A DNA stretch of 64,000 nucleotides from Gammaproteobacteria bacterium (GCA_965277715.1 OZ255836.1:1760001-1824000), one strand, 5' to 3'; positions 18,850 to 29,784 are shown, counted from the stretch's first letter. Numbers and translations: made by a program. The notes: a model not told the origin generated them from the sequence alone.

Positions 18850-21800
18850 TGTAGACCTACCCAACGTCTATACACTATGGATCCAGATGCATTGGCGGGC
18901 TGATATGAACCCATACCTAATCTAACCATAAGGTGAGTAGTAGAATACCCCACACCGCCGTAGTTAGCAGCAATTACTTGTCTCCCAAACCCTCCTACAT
19001 AAACACCAACATGACCAGAGCCTTCTGTCCTTGCAAAAGCTGCGATATCCCCCCTCTGGGGAGAGTCTACAACTTCAAAACCTGGAATGCTCCTTGTAGC
19101 ATCTGCCCAATAATTTGCCCTAATTGGCCACTTCCCTCCCTCATACATTGGAGCTGTTGCTCCAGCCGTATTTAGCACATTTTTTACAAAACAATTACAT
19201 TTCCAATCTCCTGGGCCAAAGTTATCAACAGTTCCTGATTTTGCATAATTTGTATCACCTAAATAATCTTCTGCTACCGTTGCTATTTTTTCTCTGACCC
19301 TTTCAATTTCTAATTGCCTCTCTGCATTGTGCCAGTGGGTGAAGGCAGAGGAAGCTGCCCCATTTGCAAACTTCCCCCCACCAAGCTTAGATGCCGTCCC
19401 CCCAATCACCGCAGCAGTAACCGTCCGATGAATTTTATAATTAGCGGACTTCCCCCAAATATCAGAATTCAACGACTTTGCCCCTGCAGCAAAGGCCGAC
19501 GAAACAAACCCATAACCAAACTTTCCGCCTTGCGCAACCGCCAAAGTACCACCAACCACACCATTAGCAGCTACATTCAAGGCATACTGACCTGCACCAG
19601 CATTAATGTCAAAGGTTGAACCAACCCAGCTACTGGCTTGTTGGCCAAGATAATACGTTATCCCCGCTACAGCGGCACCTCTAGCGGCTTCCGAGGGCGA
19701 AGCCCCATACGCTCTGGCTATATCGTATTGCGCGTGCGCATAACACAGCGCTGCAAAAGGGCCACAAAATGCTGAGCCAATGGTCGCCGCGAGATTGGCA
19801 ATTTTTGGACCTACAGCCCGAATAACGGCTCTTGTAGCTTTCTTCACAAGTTGATGATGCAAAGCCGCCGACGGCCCTAATACAAGACCCGCAAGTCCCC
19901 CGAATGCTTTTTTAAGCAATCCCTTTAAAATATACCCACTAGGATCCGTATACTTCATCGGATTATTCTGCACATAGCTATAGCGACTATAGCTTTGGCT
20001 CATGCCCGCCGCCTGTATATATGGATCGGCGCTGATAAACCGCGCCAGGCTTGCATCGTATACCCGCCCATTCATATGAATCAGGCCCACTTCTTCAATC
20101 GATTCGTGGTCGGTATAAGCCCGGGTGGTAAACAGTAAACGCATGCTGTACAGCGACCCCGCACCTTGCCAGTCAAAATGGCGTTGTTTGCCCCAGGCAT
20201 CGTAACTGCGCCGATCAACCACTTGACCGTCAGCATCCGTCATCGTGTCGATACTGCCGAGCGCGTCTTTGTGCAGATAGTGGGTTTTAACACCCTCCTT
20301 GCTGGAAACACTGTGGCTGGCGACCCGATTGCCTGCAGCATAGATGTAGTGTTGATGCCGGGTGTGTTGACCGTTGTCAGTGACCTGTTTCTCGTACAAT
20401 CCCCCTACGTACCAGGTGGTATCACCTGTGTGATTGATCTTTTTATAGCGCGCCCGGTCAAGGCCATAACTAAAACGGGCCGATTTGCCGTTTTTACTGA
20501 TATGGATCGGTTTGTTAAAACTGTTCCAGGTGAAACGGCGCCCATCGCCTTCGAGCATATTGCCGTTGGCGTCGTAGTGGTATTGATGATTACCCGCGCT
20601 GCTAACAGCATGTGGCCGACCACTGGTGTATTGGTAGTGACCCACGTCAGATTTGTAGGTGATATTGCCGTAAACGTCATAATTCTGGGTTTGCGCAATA
20701 TCGAGACCACCACCGATAAAGCGCTCACTGACCAAGTGCGTGGCGGTCAGCCGGTCTAAGCGGTCGTACTCGAAGGTTTCGCGGATGTCGTTAACCAGAT
20801 CATCGCGCAATGTGACATTATTGTAGGCGTCGTATTGGTATTCGATATGCCGTATCGCGGTGCTGGCAAGCAGGCCGCTATGGATAACTTGCAACTGACC
20901 AGTGGCGGTATTGTAGCTGTAGTCGTTAACGATACCGTTACCATACGATTCTGCAGTAATGCGCCCGGACGCATCGGCATCAAGCGCCTGCCAGTAGGTG
21001 ATATGTTGGGTATCAGCCGTTTGTGCTTGATAGCTTTCAGCACCGTTTTCAAGGCTGCGTGTGTAATGGAAGCTTTGATCTGCCGCTGCCAGCGTTTGCT
21101 CGGCTAATACGGTGATTTGTTCGATCAATTGGGTGTAACTGCCGATATGCTGATCGAGTAACGCAATGACATTCTCAAGCTCAATAACGGTATTGTTGAG
21201 GTGGCCTAAAAATGCCGGTGAGAGGGTTTGGTTTTGCCCAATACTCGCCGTTAGCTTTGTTTGTTCGTCAGAACTAAGGTTCTGGGTAGGTGTTACTCCT
21301 TGGCCATTCTCGACCGGTATGAAAATACTTATACCATTGACATTAACTGGTGCCAGGGTAATTACATGGGGTTTTTCTATCTTGGCATTATTTATACTTT
21401 CTGTTAGCAAACTTTTCTGGCTATTCAGATCGGCTTGCAAGTCATCGCTTAAATGCGGTACAGGCACAGGGTCTCTGGTTGGCAGAACCAATTGACTGCG
21501 CCAGCCAGGTACGAAAATGGTGATATCTCCAACACTAATCGGTACCTGTACGCTCACCAAGGGTTGACTGGCAGCTTCTTTCTCAGCTTCTTTAAGGTCA
21601 GCCTGATATTTCGCCTCTGCACGGGTTTGTATGGCAAGTAATGCGCGGTAGTCGTCGAGTTTGGCGCGATACCGCTGCCCAATGCGCCGCAAGGTGTGCG
21701 CACGGGTTTCGTAGCTTTCAGCCAGGTCTGTCGCGGCCAGAATTAACGGGGCTAATTGGCTGAGATCACCGGTTTCTGCCCGGAGACGACTGCCACGCAC

Positions 21801-24800
21801 ACTGTGAAGAAAACCCAGTTCGCTGTAGAGATTTTCGGTGTAGAAATCCTGCCCACCGGGGTAGTCAGTTTTAATTACGCGCCCCAGCGCATCGTAGTGA
21901 ACACGCGTGGTGTAGGCCGTGCCTTCAATAATATGGGTGGTGGCAACGGTACGGCCAAAGTGGTCGTATTCGTAGGTTTTACTGACAGCACCGTTACTTT
22001 CGACGAGGAGTTTGCCAATGCTACCCAACGGTGCACTGGTATCGCCGTATTGCCATGTGGTGATGCCCTCGGTTTCCTGGCGGCGCACCAGGCGCCCCAG
22101 TTGGTCGTAATCCATCGTGACAACCTGGCCTTTGGCGTCGGTTTGCTGAATCAATTGACCATAGGCATCGTATGCATAAGTCCAATACCCCATATCGGGG
22201 TCGTCCATGCTGATTTTGCGGCCACGCTCGTCGTATGCGAGGGTAATGGTCGTGGCGGCATCGCCTGCTACCGTGGTGGTCAGCAATTGACCGTCAACTG
22301 TGTAGCGATACTCAACGCTACTGCCTTCCTCCTCCTCAACACGCACTGTTTGTCCCAATGCATTGGTGCGGGTTGTTTTCGCCAATTGCTTGGGGCCGTT
22401 GTAGGTCGTCGTGGTCAACCCGTTGTAGCGGTTGTTGATTGTATTCGTGCTGCCATGCGGGCCGGGTTCGGTGATTTCAACCACACGCCCAATAGCGTCG
22501 TATTGGGTACTGGCCCAATAGATATTGTCACCCAAAAAGTAAGGGCGGCTAACACGGTATACCTCGCCCAAATGGTTGTACTCGGTTTCGTGGTAAACCT
22601 TTAAACCGTTGAGTGCAGTGGTAATTTTGCGCACTTCGCGGCCCAGGTTGTCGAACTGTACGGTCACCGCCGGGCTGCCGCTACTCTCGGTGACACTACA
22701 GTAGTGTGCAAACGTTGCTCGTTCACCGCATTGGTTGCTATTGGCGAAGTAATAATCGATACGGGTCTGGTTGCCGTCGGCCCGCGTTTCCAGGCGTTTG
22801 CGCTGAAAGCCATCGTATGACCAACGGGTGGTGATGCCATTGGGGCCTGTTTGCGTGGCTAATAGTCCCTGTTCGTTGTATTCAAAGGTTTCACACAAGC
22901 CAAGGGGGTTGCAGCTTCTGGTAGGGCGACCCAGCACATCCCGTTCGGTGGTGCTGGTGCGATCAGCATGGTTAGGCACTCTGAGCGTAACAGCAATTTT
23001 CTGACCAAAATTATCGTATTGGTAAACCGTTGTTTGGAAGGTTTCACCGGTTTGGGTGCTGATAATACTTTCCGAATCGAGCAAACCGGTATGGGCGTCG
23101 TAGGTAAAGCGGCTGAGCTTGGGCGTGGCATCGCCCTGGGGGGTGGTGTGGGTAGTACGCGCTTCCATTAGGCGGCCAAGGTGCCAGTTATCTGTATTGT
23201 TGTCGTATTGGCTAACGGTGGTTTGGGTGAATGTTTCACCACCACCCTCAGTGATAACAGTGACAGTTCCCACATTGCCATAGGCATCTATGTTTTCACT
23301 CAGTGAAGTAACGGTGCTAATTAATGAACCGTCGAGTTCATAACTGCGCTGCACGGTGCGGTGCGCGTGGACGGACTCTACCCCAGCATAGTAACTATCT
23401 TGGCTATATTCAGTGGTAGATTCATTCAGGAGTTGCCCGTTGTACGATTCAGTGTGGCGGAGCACATGGCCGGTAAAGGGGAAGCCACTCTGGTCGAACC
23501 AGGTTTCCTGTGTTTTACCTGTGTCAGGGTACGTTTCGGTAATTTTGGCAAAACCGTAGGAACCCCGGCCTTTTACATGGGCTTTTAATCCTTCGTAGTG
23601 GTAATTTGTAGAAATACTGCCACCGATGCCATCATCGGCGGTAACACTGCTAACCACGTATTGGGGGTACTGTAGGTCAATTACCGGATAAGCGGCGCCA
23701 GTGCCTTTGGTATAAACGGTTTTATCGGTAAGCAGTGTGTAGCTTAATTGGGTTTTATCGTTAAAGGAGCCTGTAATCGAAGCCAACAATACCTTTCTGC
23801 CCGTATTGATATACGCCCCTTTTTGTTGAGTTGAACTATTTTTCCATCGATGGTGGACCATATCCACTAAACCATCGCCGTTAACATCGACAAAACGCGC
23901 GCCCAAATCCCCAATGCCATCAGCGGCAATATGAAAAGGTGGGGTATATTCAGGTGCTGCTCTCCAGCCACTACCCGTATTGATATACGCCCCTTTTTGC
24001 TGAATTGAATTACTTGCCCATCGATGGTAGACCATATCCACTAAACCATCGCCGTTAACATCGACAAAACGCGCGCCCAAATCCCCAATGCCATCAGCGA
24101 CAATATGAAAAGGTGGGGTATATTCAGGTGCTGCTCTCCAGCCACTGCCCGTATTGATATACGCCCCTTTTTGCTGAATTGAATTACTTGCCCATCGATG
24201 GTAAACCATATCCACTAAACCATCGCCGTTGACATCGACAAAACGCGCGCCCAAATCCCCAATGCCATCAGCGACAATATGAAAAGGTGGGGTATATTCA
24301 GGTGCTGCTCTCCAGCCACTGCCCGTATTGATATACGCCCCTTTTTGCTGAATTGAATTACTTGCCCATCGATGGTAAACCATATCCACTAAACCATCGC
24401 CGTTGACATCGACAAAACGCGCACCCAAATCCCCAAGGCCATCAGCGACAATATGAAAAGGTGGGGTATATTCAGGTGCTGCTCTCCAGCCACTGCCCGT
24501 ATTGATATACGCCCCTTTTTGTTGAGTTGAACTACTTGCCCATCGATGGTAAACCATATCCACTAAACCATCGCCATTGACATCAACAAAACGCGCGCCC
24601 AAATCCCCAAGGCCATCAGCGACAATATGAAAAGGTGGGGTATATTCAGGTGCTGCTCTCCAGCCACTACCCGTATTGATATACGCCCCTTTTTGCTGAA
24701 TTGAACCATTTATCCATCGATGGTAAACCATATCCACTAAACCATCGCCGTTGACATCGACAAAACGCGCGCCCAAATCCCCAAGGCCATCAGCGACAAT

Positions 24801-25922
24801 ATGAAAAGGTGGGGTATATTCAGGTGCTGCTCTCCAGCCACTACCCGTATTGATATACGCCCCTTTTTGTTGAGTTGAACTATTTACCCATCGATGGTAG
24901 ACCATATCCACTAAACCATCGCCGTTAACATCGACAAAACGCGCGCCCAAATCCCCAATGCCATCAGCGGCAATATGAAAAGGTGGGGTATATTCAGGCG
25001 TGAATTGCCAAGTGTTAGCGCCTTCTGTCCATTCCAATTCAATACTGTTAAAACATTGGTTCTGGGATCCGCACTCTAGTATTTTATCGATAACAGAGAG
25101 CTTACTTAAACCCAATTGCTTGTAATAAACTGTATATACCCTTACCTGTTTCCCATAGCTGTATACTGTTAGATTTCTGACCCGACGTTCCGTTTTTATT
25201 GTCCGACCAGATTGTTCATGTGAAAGAATATCCTCTCTAGATTCATAGCCTATTAAAATTTCTCCATTACTATAATTAACACTTTTTAAGTGCTGTTGGT
25301 TGCCGTCAATAAAGTATCTAAACTTAATGGGATTATTACCCGTAGTGTCATTAACCTCACTGACAGACCAAACTAACCGTCCCTGCGCAAATGCTAATGC
25401 AGCGTTACTGCCCAAACCAAATGTCATGGTATGACCGGCCTTGGTATCCACCACAAAATAAGCCGGATTGTTAGCACTACCCCCCACCGAACGAATGCGT
25501 GAATAACCATCAATTTCCGTACGATACTCAGTGCCAACAGCACCGTTTGCCCCACTGACGGGAATCAAACGTTCACCATCCAGACAATAACGGCTTTTAT
25601 CGCCAAAGGTTATGTCGCTGATAAAACCGTCCTGCGCCAGATTGGCCGGGCAGCGGCTGATCGCCGATACCGCGCTAAGGTTCCATCCCACCCCCATAAT
25701 ACCGTTGCCTGCCGCACTGTTATAAGAAAGCGCAACGTCTGGCTGCATACTCCCACGGCCAGGGGCGACTTTAATTGGAAGGGTATAGCTGGCATTACCA
25801 TTTGATACATTGAATTCACCTGCGGTAGCGCCAACTTCAACCGCCGTTGCAGGCAGCGCCTGTACTATTAGGGCGCATACTACGGTAGATACGCAGGTGA
25901 TACGGGTAAGTAATGAGGTCAT
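18846..25922 (-). CDS. Rhs/YD-repeat polymorphic toxin: signal peptide, SpvB/TcB-like N-terminus, 7 FG-GAP repeats, YD shell, RHS core, NlpC/P60/CHAP-like tip
   Basis: YTLPIKVAPGRGSMQP..LSYNS...GVGW (SpvB-like), FVDVNGDGLVD x7, many YD repeats, LIHMNGRVYD, NNPMKYTDPSG. Tip KCNCFV...RGDIAAF...GHVGVY. Confidence 0.9.
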   Translation of the reverse strand: MTSLLTRITCVSTVVCALIVQALPATAVEVGATAGEFNVSNGNASYTLPIKVAPGRGSMQPDVALSYNSAAGNGIMGVGWNLSAVSAISRCPANLAQDGFISDITFGDKSRYCLDGERLIPVSGANGAVGTEYRTEIDGYSRIRSVGGSANNPAYFVVDTKAGHTMTFGLGSNAALAFAQGRLVWSVSEVNDTTGNNPIKFRYFIDGNQQHLKSVNYSNGEILIGYESREDILSHEQSGRTIKTERRVRNLTVYSYGKQVRVYTVYYKQLGLSKLSVIDKILECGSQNQCFNSIELEWTEGANTWQFTPEYTPPFHIAADGIGDLGARFVDVNGDGLVDMVYHRWVNSSTQQKGAYINTGSGWRAAPEYTPPFHIVADGLGDLGARFVDVNGDGLVDMVYHRWINGSIQQKGAYINTGSGWRAAPEYTPPFHIVADGLGDLGARFVDVNGDGLVDMVYHRWASSSTQQKGAYINTGSGWRAAPEYTPPFHIVADGLGDLGARFVDVNGDGLVDMVYHRWASNSIQQKGAYINTGSGWRAAPEYTPPFHIVADGIGDLGARFVDVNGDGLVDMVYHRWASNSIQQKGAYINTGSGWRAAPEYTPPFHIVADGIGDLGARFVDVNGDGLVDMVYHRWASNSIQQKGAYINTGSGWRAAPEYTPPFHIAADGIGDLGARFVDVNGDGLVDMVHHRWKNSSTQQKGAYINTGRKVLLASITGSFNDKTQLSYTLLTDKTVYTKGTGAAYPVIDLQYPQYVVSSVTADDGIGGSISTNYHYEGLKAHVKGRGSYGFAKITETYPDTGKTQETWFDQSGFPFTGHVLRHTESYNGQLLNESTTEYSQDSYYAGVESVHAHRTVQRSYELDGSLISTVTSLSENIDAYGNVGTVTVITEGGGETFTQTTVSQYDNNTDNWHLGRLMEARTTHTTPQGDATPKLSRFTYDAHTGLLDSESIISTQTGETFQTTVYQYDNFGQKIAVTLRVPNHADRTSTTERDVLGRPTRSCNPLGLCETFEYNEQGLLATQTGPNGITTRWSYDGFQRKRLETRADGNQTRIDYYFANSNQCGERATFAHYCSVTESSGSPAVTVQFDNLGREVRKITTALNGLKVYHETEYNHLGEVYRVSRPYFLGDNIYWASTQYDAIGRVVEITEPGPHGSTNTINNRYNGLTTTTYNGPKQLAKTTRTNALGQTVRVEEEEGSSVEYRYTVDGQLLTTTVAGDAATTITLAYDERGRKISMDDPDMGYWTYAYDAYGQLIQQTDAKGQVVTMDYDQLGRLVRRQETEGITTWQYGDTSAPLGSIGKLLVESNGAVSKTYEYDHFGRTVATTHIIEGTAYTTRVHYDALGRVIKTDYPGGQDFYTENLYSELGFLHSVRGSRLRAETGDLSQLAPLILAATDLAESYETRAHTLRRIGQRYRAKLDDYRALLAIQTRAEAKYQADLKEAEKEAASQPLVSVQVPISVGDITIFVPGWRSQLVLPTRDPVPVPHLSDDLQADLNSQKSLLTESINNAKIEKPHVITLAPVNVNGISIFIPVENGQGVTPTQNLSSDEQTKLTASIGQNQTLSPAFLGHLNNTVIELENVIALLDQHIGSYTQLIEQITVLAEQTLAAADQSFHYTRSLENGAESYQAQTADTQHITYWQALDADASGRITAESYGNGIVNDYSYNTATGQLQVIHSGLLASTAIRHIEYQYDAYNNVTLRDDLVNDIRETFEYDRLDRLTATHLVSERFIGGGLDIAQTQNYDVYGNITYKSDVGHYQYTSGRPHAVSSAGNHQYHYDANGNMLEGDGRRFTWNSFNKPIHISKNGKSARFSYGLDRARYKKINHTGDTTWYVGGLYEKQVTDNGQHTRHQHYIYAAGNRVASHSVSSKEGVKTHYLHKDALGSIDTMTDADGQVVDRRSYDAWGKQRHFDWQGAGSLYSMRLLFTTRAYTDHESIEEVGLIHMNGRVYDASLARFISADPYIQAAGMSQSYSRYSYVQNNPMKYTDPSGYILKGLLKKAFGGLAGLVLGPSAALHHQLVKKATRAVIRAVGPKIANLAATIGSAFCGPFAALCYAHAQYDIARAYGASPSEAARGAAVAGITYYLGQQASSWVGSTFDINAGAGQYALNVAANGVVGGTLAVAQGGKFGYGFVSSAFAAGAKSLNSDIWGKSANYKIHRTVTAAVIGGTASKLGGGKFANGAASSAFTHWHNAERQLEIERVREKIATVAEDYLGDTNYAKSGTVDNFGPGDWKCNCFVKNVLNTAGATAPMYEGGKWPIRANYWADATRSIPGFEVVDSPQRGDIAAFARTEGSGHVGVYVGGFGRQVIAANYGGVGYSTTHLMVRLGMGSYQPANASGSIVYRRWVGLQ
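23799..24998 (-). repeat. Intragenic tandem repeat, 174-bp unit (58 aa), about 7 copies
   Basis: CCGTATTGATATACGCCCC recurs every 174 bp (23801, 23975, ...); copies are nearly identical at DNA level. Confidence 0.95.
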
Positions 25923-25934
25923 TAGGTTCTCTCC

Positions 25935-26384
25935 TTATTCCACAGGGGTTTTATTGATATGGTCGCGGATAGCTTGCAGGCGCTGCACCGTTGACGATGG
26001 AGTTTCCTCTGTTGGTTCAGTTATATTTTGATCCGATGGATTAATACCCTGGCTTTGTAACTGTTGATCAAATTTACGCAGTGTTTGATCAAGCTGAGCA
26101 ATTGTTGCCTCTGTTTGCTCAATTTCGGTGGGGAGTGATGTTTGTGTATTGAGGAGTGCTTGTAGTTTTTTTGCTGACGGGGATTGTTCGTGATCGATTG
26201 GTTCGTCAGCACCACTAGGCATTATTGCAGTGGTAGGAGGGGGGTTTTCTACGTCATTTACATAGGCGTCTGTAACCGATGCAATTTCCGTACTATCGGA
26301 CGGGATAACGGTCATACCCACAACCCATATAAGCCCAGCGACTGCTAGACCAAAAACAAGTGTTACCACCTTTTTAATAACCAT
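25935..26384 (-). CDS. Membrane-anchored coiled-coil hypothetical protein co-transcribed with the Rhs gene
   Basis: N-terminal hydrophobic helix, Q/E-rich heptads, AAGGA ribosome-binding site; ends 12 bp before the Rhs start. Confidence 0.65.
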   Translation of the reverse strand: MVIKKVVTLVFGLAVAGLIWVVGMTVIPSDSTEIASVTDAYVNDVENPPPTTAIMPSGADEPIDHEQSPSAKKLQALLNTQTSLPTEIEQTEATIAQLDQTLRKFDQQLQSQGINPSDQNITEPTEETPSSTVQRLQAIRDHINKTPVE

Positions 26385-26526
26385 TTTTGTATCCTTGATT
26401 AAGCTCAGGTGTCACGCGCTTACTTAAAAGCCTCGTGAAACTGTGAGTGATTTAACCACTGATGACACCAATTATGCAACAACTTTTTTGAAGCGAACCC
26501 CGCTCTTCAGTTAGTAACTTACAGAC

Positions 26527-27572
26527 CTCTGTACAGGACAATTATTATAACAATAAGAGGTCGGTTTTTAATTGTCTAAAAGCTTGAAGCAGCATTTGCC
26601 ACTGCAACTGTTGTTCCCCTATGTTCAACACAACCCGGGAAACCGTTTCCAATCCTAACCGAAAAACACTTTTACTGGGGCGGCCATGATTTTTCTTTTT
26701 GATGGGTGTGGTTTTTTGCTGTTCATAACCAATCTGATAACACCAACAAAATGTTAAACTCACCAATACCAGTAGTTTTTCAACCCTATCAGGTTTCGTT
26801 AAATGTGTCTTTTCCATATCGAACCCTCGACCTTTTAATGCCTGGAATAAACGCTCTATTTGCCAGCGCTGCTGATACTCAACTAATGCATTATGGGCGC
26901 ACCTATCGCTCGCAATAATCACATGTTCCTGACGAGAACGAAAACACGGTAAATAGACGCTCTCTCCCCAAACAGATCGAGCGTCTGTCAATGCACAGGT
27001 TTGTGCTACACCCAGCAAAAATAGCGCTGATGCCTTCACTTTTTTGCCTTTTTTTGTCCTGACCTGAGTATGGCTGTTTCCCGCTTTGTCCAATTGTGTT
27101 CAAAATAGGGGAACCGCTACATTGTGCCAGTTAATGGAAAGAACCAATAGGTTTACATGCGTCATACCCAACTTCCAGTGGGTTCGATCAATGCTTACAG
27201 TCCAAGGCGGACATTGAGCAATCAACTTAATTAACAACGGGGCAATAGTATCCGGTTTCAAATCAAAATGACGCAAAAAACGTGGCAAACGTTTATAGGA
27301 TGAACAAGGTTGCGCTGTTCCGGCGAATCCATCGACAACACGCATTAAATTGAGTGACTTTACTTTTCCAAGTGCCAACATAAACTGGGCCAGCAATATC
27401 ACACGAGCACAGTTCCACTTAAGGTGTGGACGCAGTAAACTTACCAGTTGATAAATCTCTTTCATTTTACGTTGCTAGGTCTTGTCGTGAAACTTAGACA
27501 ACTTGAAAGAGATTTATCTTTACATTTATTCCTTTTATTTCAATGCCTTAATTTATTTTGTCCTGTACAGAG
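26527..27572 (-). mobile_element. IS4-family element, transposase pseudogene
   Basis: 15-bp inverted repeat CTCTGTACAGGACAA. Motifs IDRTHWK and YQQRWQIERLFQALKGRGF. In-frame TGA at 27100-27102 and an apparent internal deletion after GNSHTQ. Confidence 0.85.
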
Positions 27573-27664
27573 TTCCATTTGTTGGAAAAAAACAATAAGG
27601 AAGCCGGGCTATCAATGGTTATGTGATAAGGCGCAAAACTCGGTGTCTTGCCACTACCGGTGTT

Positions 27665-29329
27665 TGTCAAGGTAGTTGTCCGTTTTACTATGCTACTTGC
27701 TTTTCAATTCCATTGTGCTTTTGTCTCATGGCCAAGCCTTCCTTTTCCGGGTTTAACCACACCCCCGATACCGGTTCGAGGTGTTTAATATCCTGGCTCC
27801 AGCGTTCAGGGTGTTTGGCCTTTGCTTGTTCATAAACTGCTTTTCTGGCTGCCAGTATCGCGTGGTCTTCGCCTTTATGACGTGAGGTTGGTGTCACAAA
27901 CCCAATGCCGCTATGGCAATGAGAGCCGTTGTACCATTGCACAAATCCATGCACCCAGTTTCGCGCAGAGGCTAAACTATCAAATGGCTTTGACGGATAG
28001 GCAGGCGTGTATTTTAAGGTTCTAAACAGACTTTCTGAATAAGGATTATCATCGCTTACCGATGGCCTACTAAACGAAGGTATCACACCCAACCATTGCA
28101 GTTTTGCTAACATAGTAGCACCTTTCATCGGGCCACCATTATCCGCGTGTAATACCAATTGACTTTGGCTGCACCCCTGCGCTAAACAGGCACGCTGGAT
28201 CAGCGCCGCTGCCAGATCAGCCGATTCACTCTCATGCACTTCCCAGGCAACAATTTTACGACTGTAAATATCCATCATCATATAAAGCCGGTAAAACCAC
28301 CCGGTTATGTTCGATTTCAAAAAGGTAATATCCCAAGACCACACCTCGTTTGGCCTTGATGCCAGGTAGCTGTTAGGTTTGTGCCGTTTTTTAGGCGCCA
28401 CCGCCTTACCTCGCCGCTGCAGTTGGTTTTCCGACTTTAACACCCGATAGAAGCTTGACTCTGATCCAATATACACACCTTCATCCGCCAATTTGGGCAC
28501 AATTTGCGAGGGGGGTAGCGCTTGGTATTTCGCTTCATTACAGGTGGTGACAATCAATGCCCGCTCTTCTGCTGTGAACTTATTACTAGGCGCCTGTCGA
28601 TGAGCGCTGGGTCTGCCATCAGCGCGGACAGTACCCGCGTTTGCCTAGCGTCGGTACGTCTTAGGGTGTCACTCAAGCACTTTGCACGCTTTGCCTAATG
28701 TAGCGCCAGCGACAACGGCCTCTTTGATTAAACGGATACTATTTTGGCGATCTGAATGGCAGGTCATTCGTCCTCTACCTCCCCCCAGATCGCTTGGGCC
28801 TTTTTTCTAAGCACCAGCAAAGCGGCTGTTTCGGCTAATGCTTTCTCCTTTCGGTGCAGTTCTTGTTCGAGACGTTTAATACGTCTATCCGCTTCTCTAC
28901 GACTGGTTTGTAAACGTTTCGTTTGGGCGCGATCCCAGTCATTGGCTTGTTCACAGGCCATTCGCCACGCCTTAATCTGATCAGGGTACAAACCACGATG
29001 ACGGCAATAAGCTGAAAGGTCTGTTTCGCTTAATGACGCACTTTCCAGAACCGCTGCAAACTTATCCGAAGAACCCCAACCTGCTGGTGTCAAATCGCCA
29101 TCTGGCATGAGTTCGCCTTTCGCTCTTGCTTGGGCTCGCCAACTATAAAGCGTACCTTGTGCAATGCCTTCTTCTTTGGCTAACCGGGAAATTGTTTGGT
29201 TATTCGGCAGCAGCATCTTCTTTAAAACAGCGGCCTTTCTTTCTACTGGATAACGCATACCACTCTCTCTTTGCCTCCTGTAATAACTTATTGAATCCCA
29301 ATTTAGGGAGGGGGACAACTAGCCTGACA
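27665..29329 (-). mobile_element. IS3-family element: orfA intact (28764-29258), orfB with two stops
   Basis: Inverted repeats TGTCAAGGTAGTTGTCC / TGTCAGGCTAGTTGTCC. orfB motifs WSWDIT, LHADNG, DNPYSESLF. Stops at 28669-28671 and 28645-28647. Confidence 0.88.
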
Positions 29330-29481
29330 CAGGGGGCTACTCCCTTGCACTATCATCACGCATATGTGCGGTGTGATAATGCCTTTACGCGTGGTTTCCC
29401 ATTGGGATGTTGCGATACCGATTATACGGCTTGTGTAATCTGTCTTGTTTTTCATGAATATTTCCTCTGAGTGAATAATTG

Positions 29482-29517
29482 AGGACATACCCATTCCCAA
29501 GGGAATGGGTATGTCCT
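29482..29517. repeat. Perfect 17-bp inverted repeat with 2-nt spacer
   Basis: AGGACATACCCATTCCC-AA-GGGAATGGGTATGTCCT. Confidence 0.9.
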
Positions 29518-29583
29518 TGAGGTGCTGTGGTGTTGTGTGTGACTAACAGCTATAATAGCCATTAGTCACAAGGTGGTTAACTT

Positions 29584-29784
29584 ATGCAATTACAGGTGTT
29601 TGAAGGCGGACGTATCAATCTTGAGCAACAGCTTGTCGAGGCGTTATGCCGTGTTGATTTTCCCGCGCTGGACAAGCTCGAAGAAAAGTTGAAACCTCGC
29701 GGTTCGCTTAGTTTAGCTTGGTCAAACGATCAACCTCTATGCGAGCCACAAGCTCCTCATCAATCAAACGTAACATCAGATTGA
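29584..29784 (+). CDS. Small hypothetical protein (possibly phage-derived)
   Basis: AAGGTGG ribosome-binding site, ATG start, protein-like composition; family not recognised. Confidence 0.35.
   Translation: MQLQVFEGGRINLEQQLVEALCRVDFPALDKLEEKLKPRGSLSLAWSNDQPLCEPQAPHQSNVTSD

Noticed and set aside
20166-22604. Long plus-strand ORFs opposite the Rhs gene (similarly 43529-44365 and 61281-61931)
   Set aside because: Shadow frames of well-supported genes, with no motifs of their own.
23799-24998. Diversity-generating retroelement or CRISPR-like array
   Set aside because: An in-frame tandem coding repeat with no spacers, and no reverse transcriptase in the window.
29317-29328. AACTAGCCTGAC shared between the IS3 end and the 17.8-18.1 kb repeats
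   Set aside because: The match is only 12 bp and the flanks diverge (no GGAC before, CCC instead of the terminal A). Treated as probably coincidental, though not excluded.
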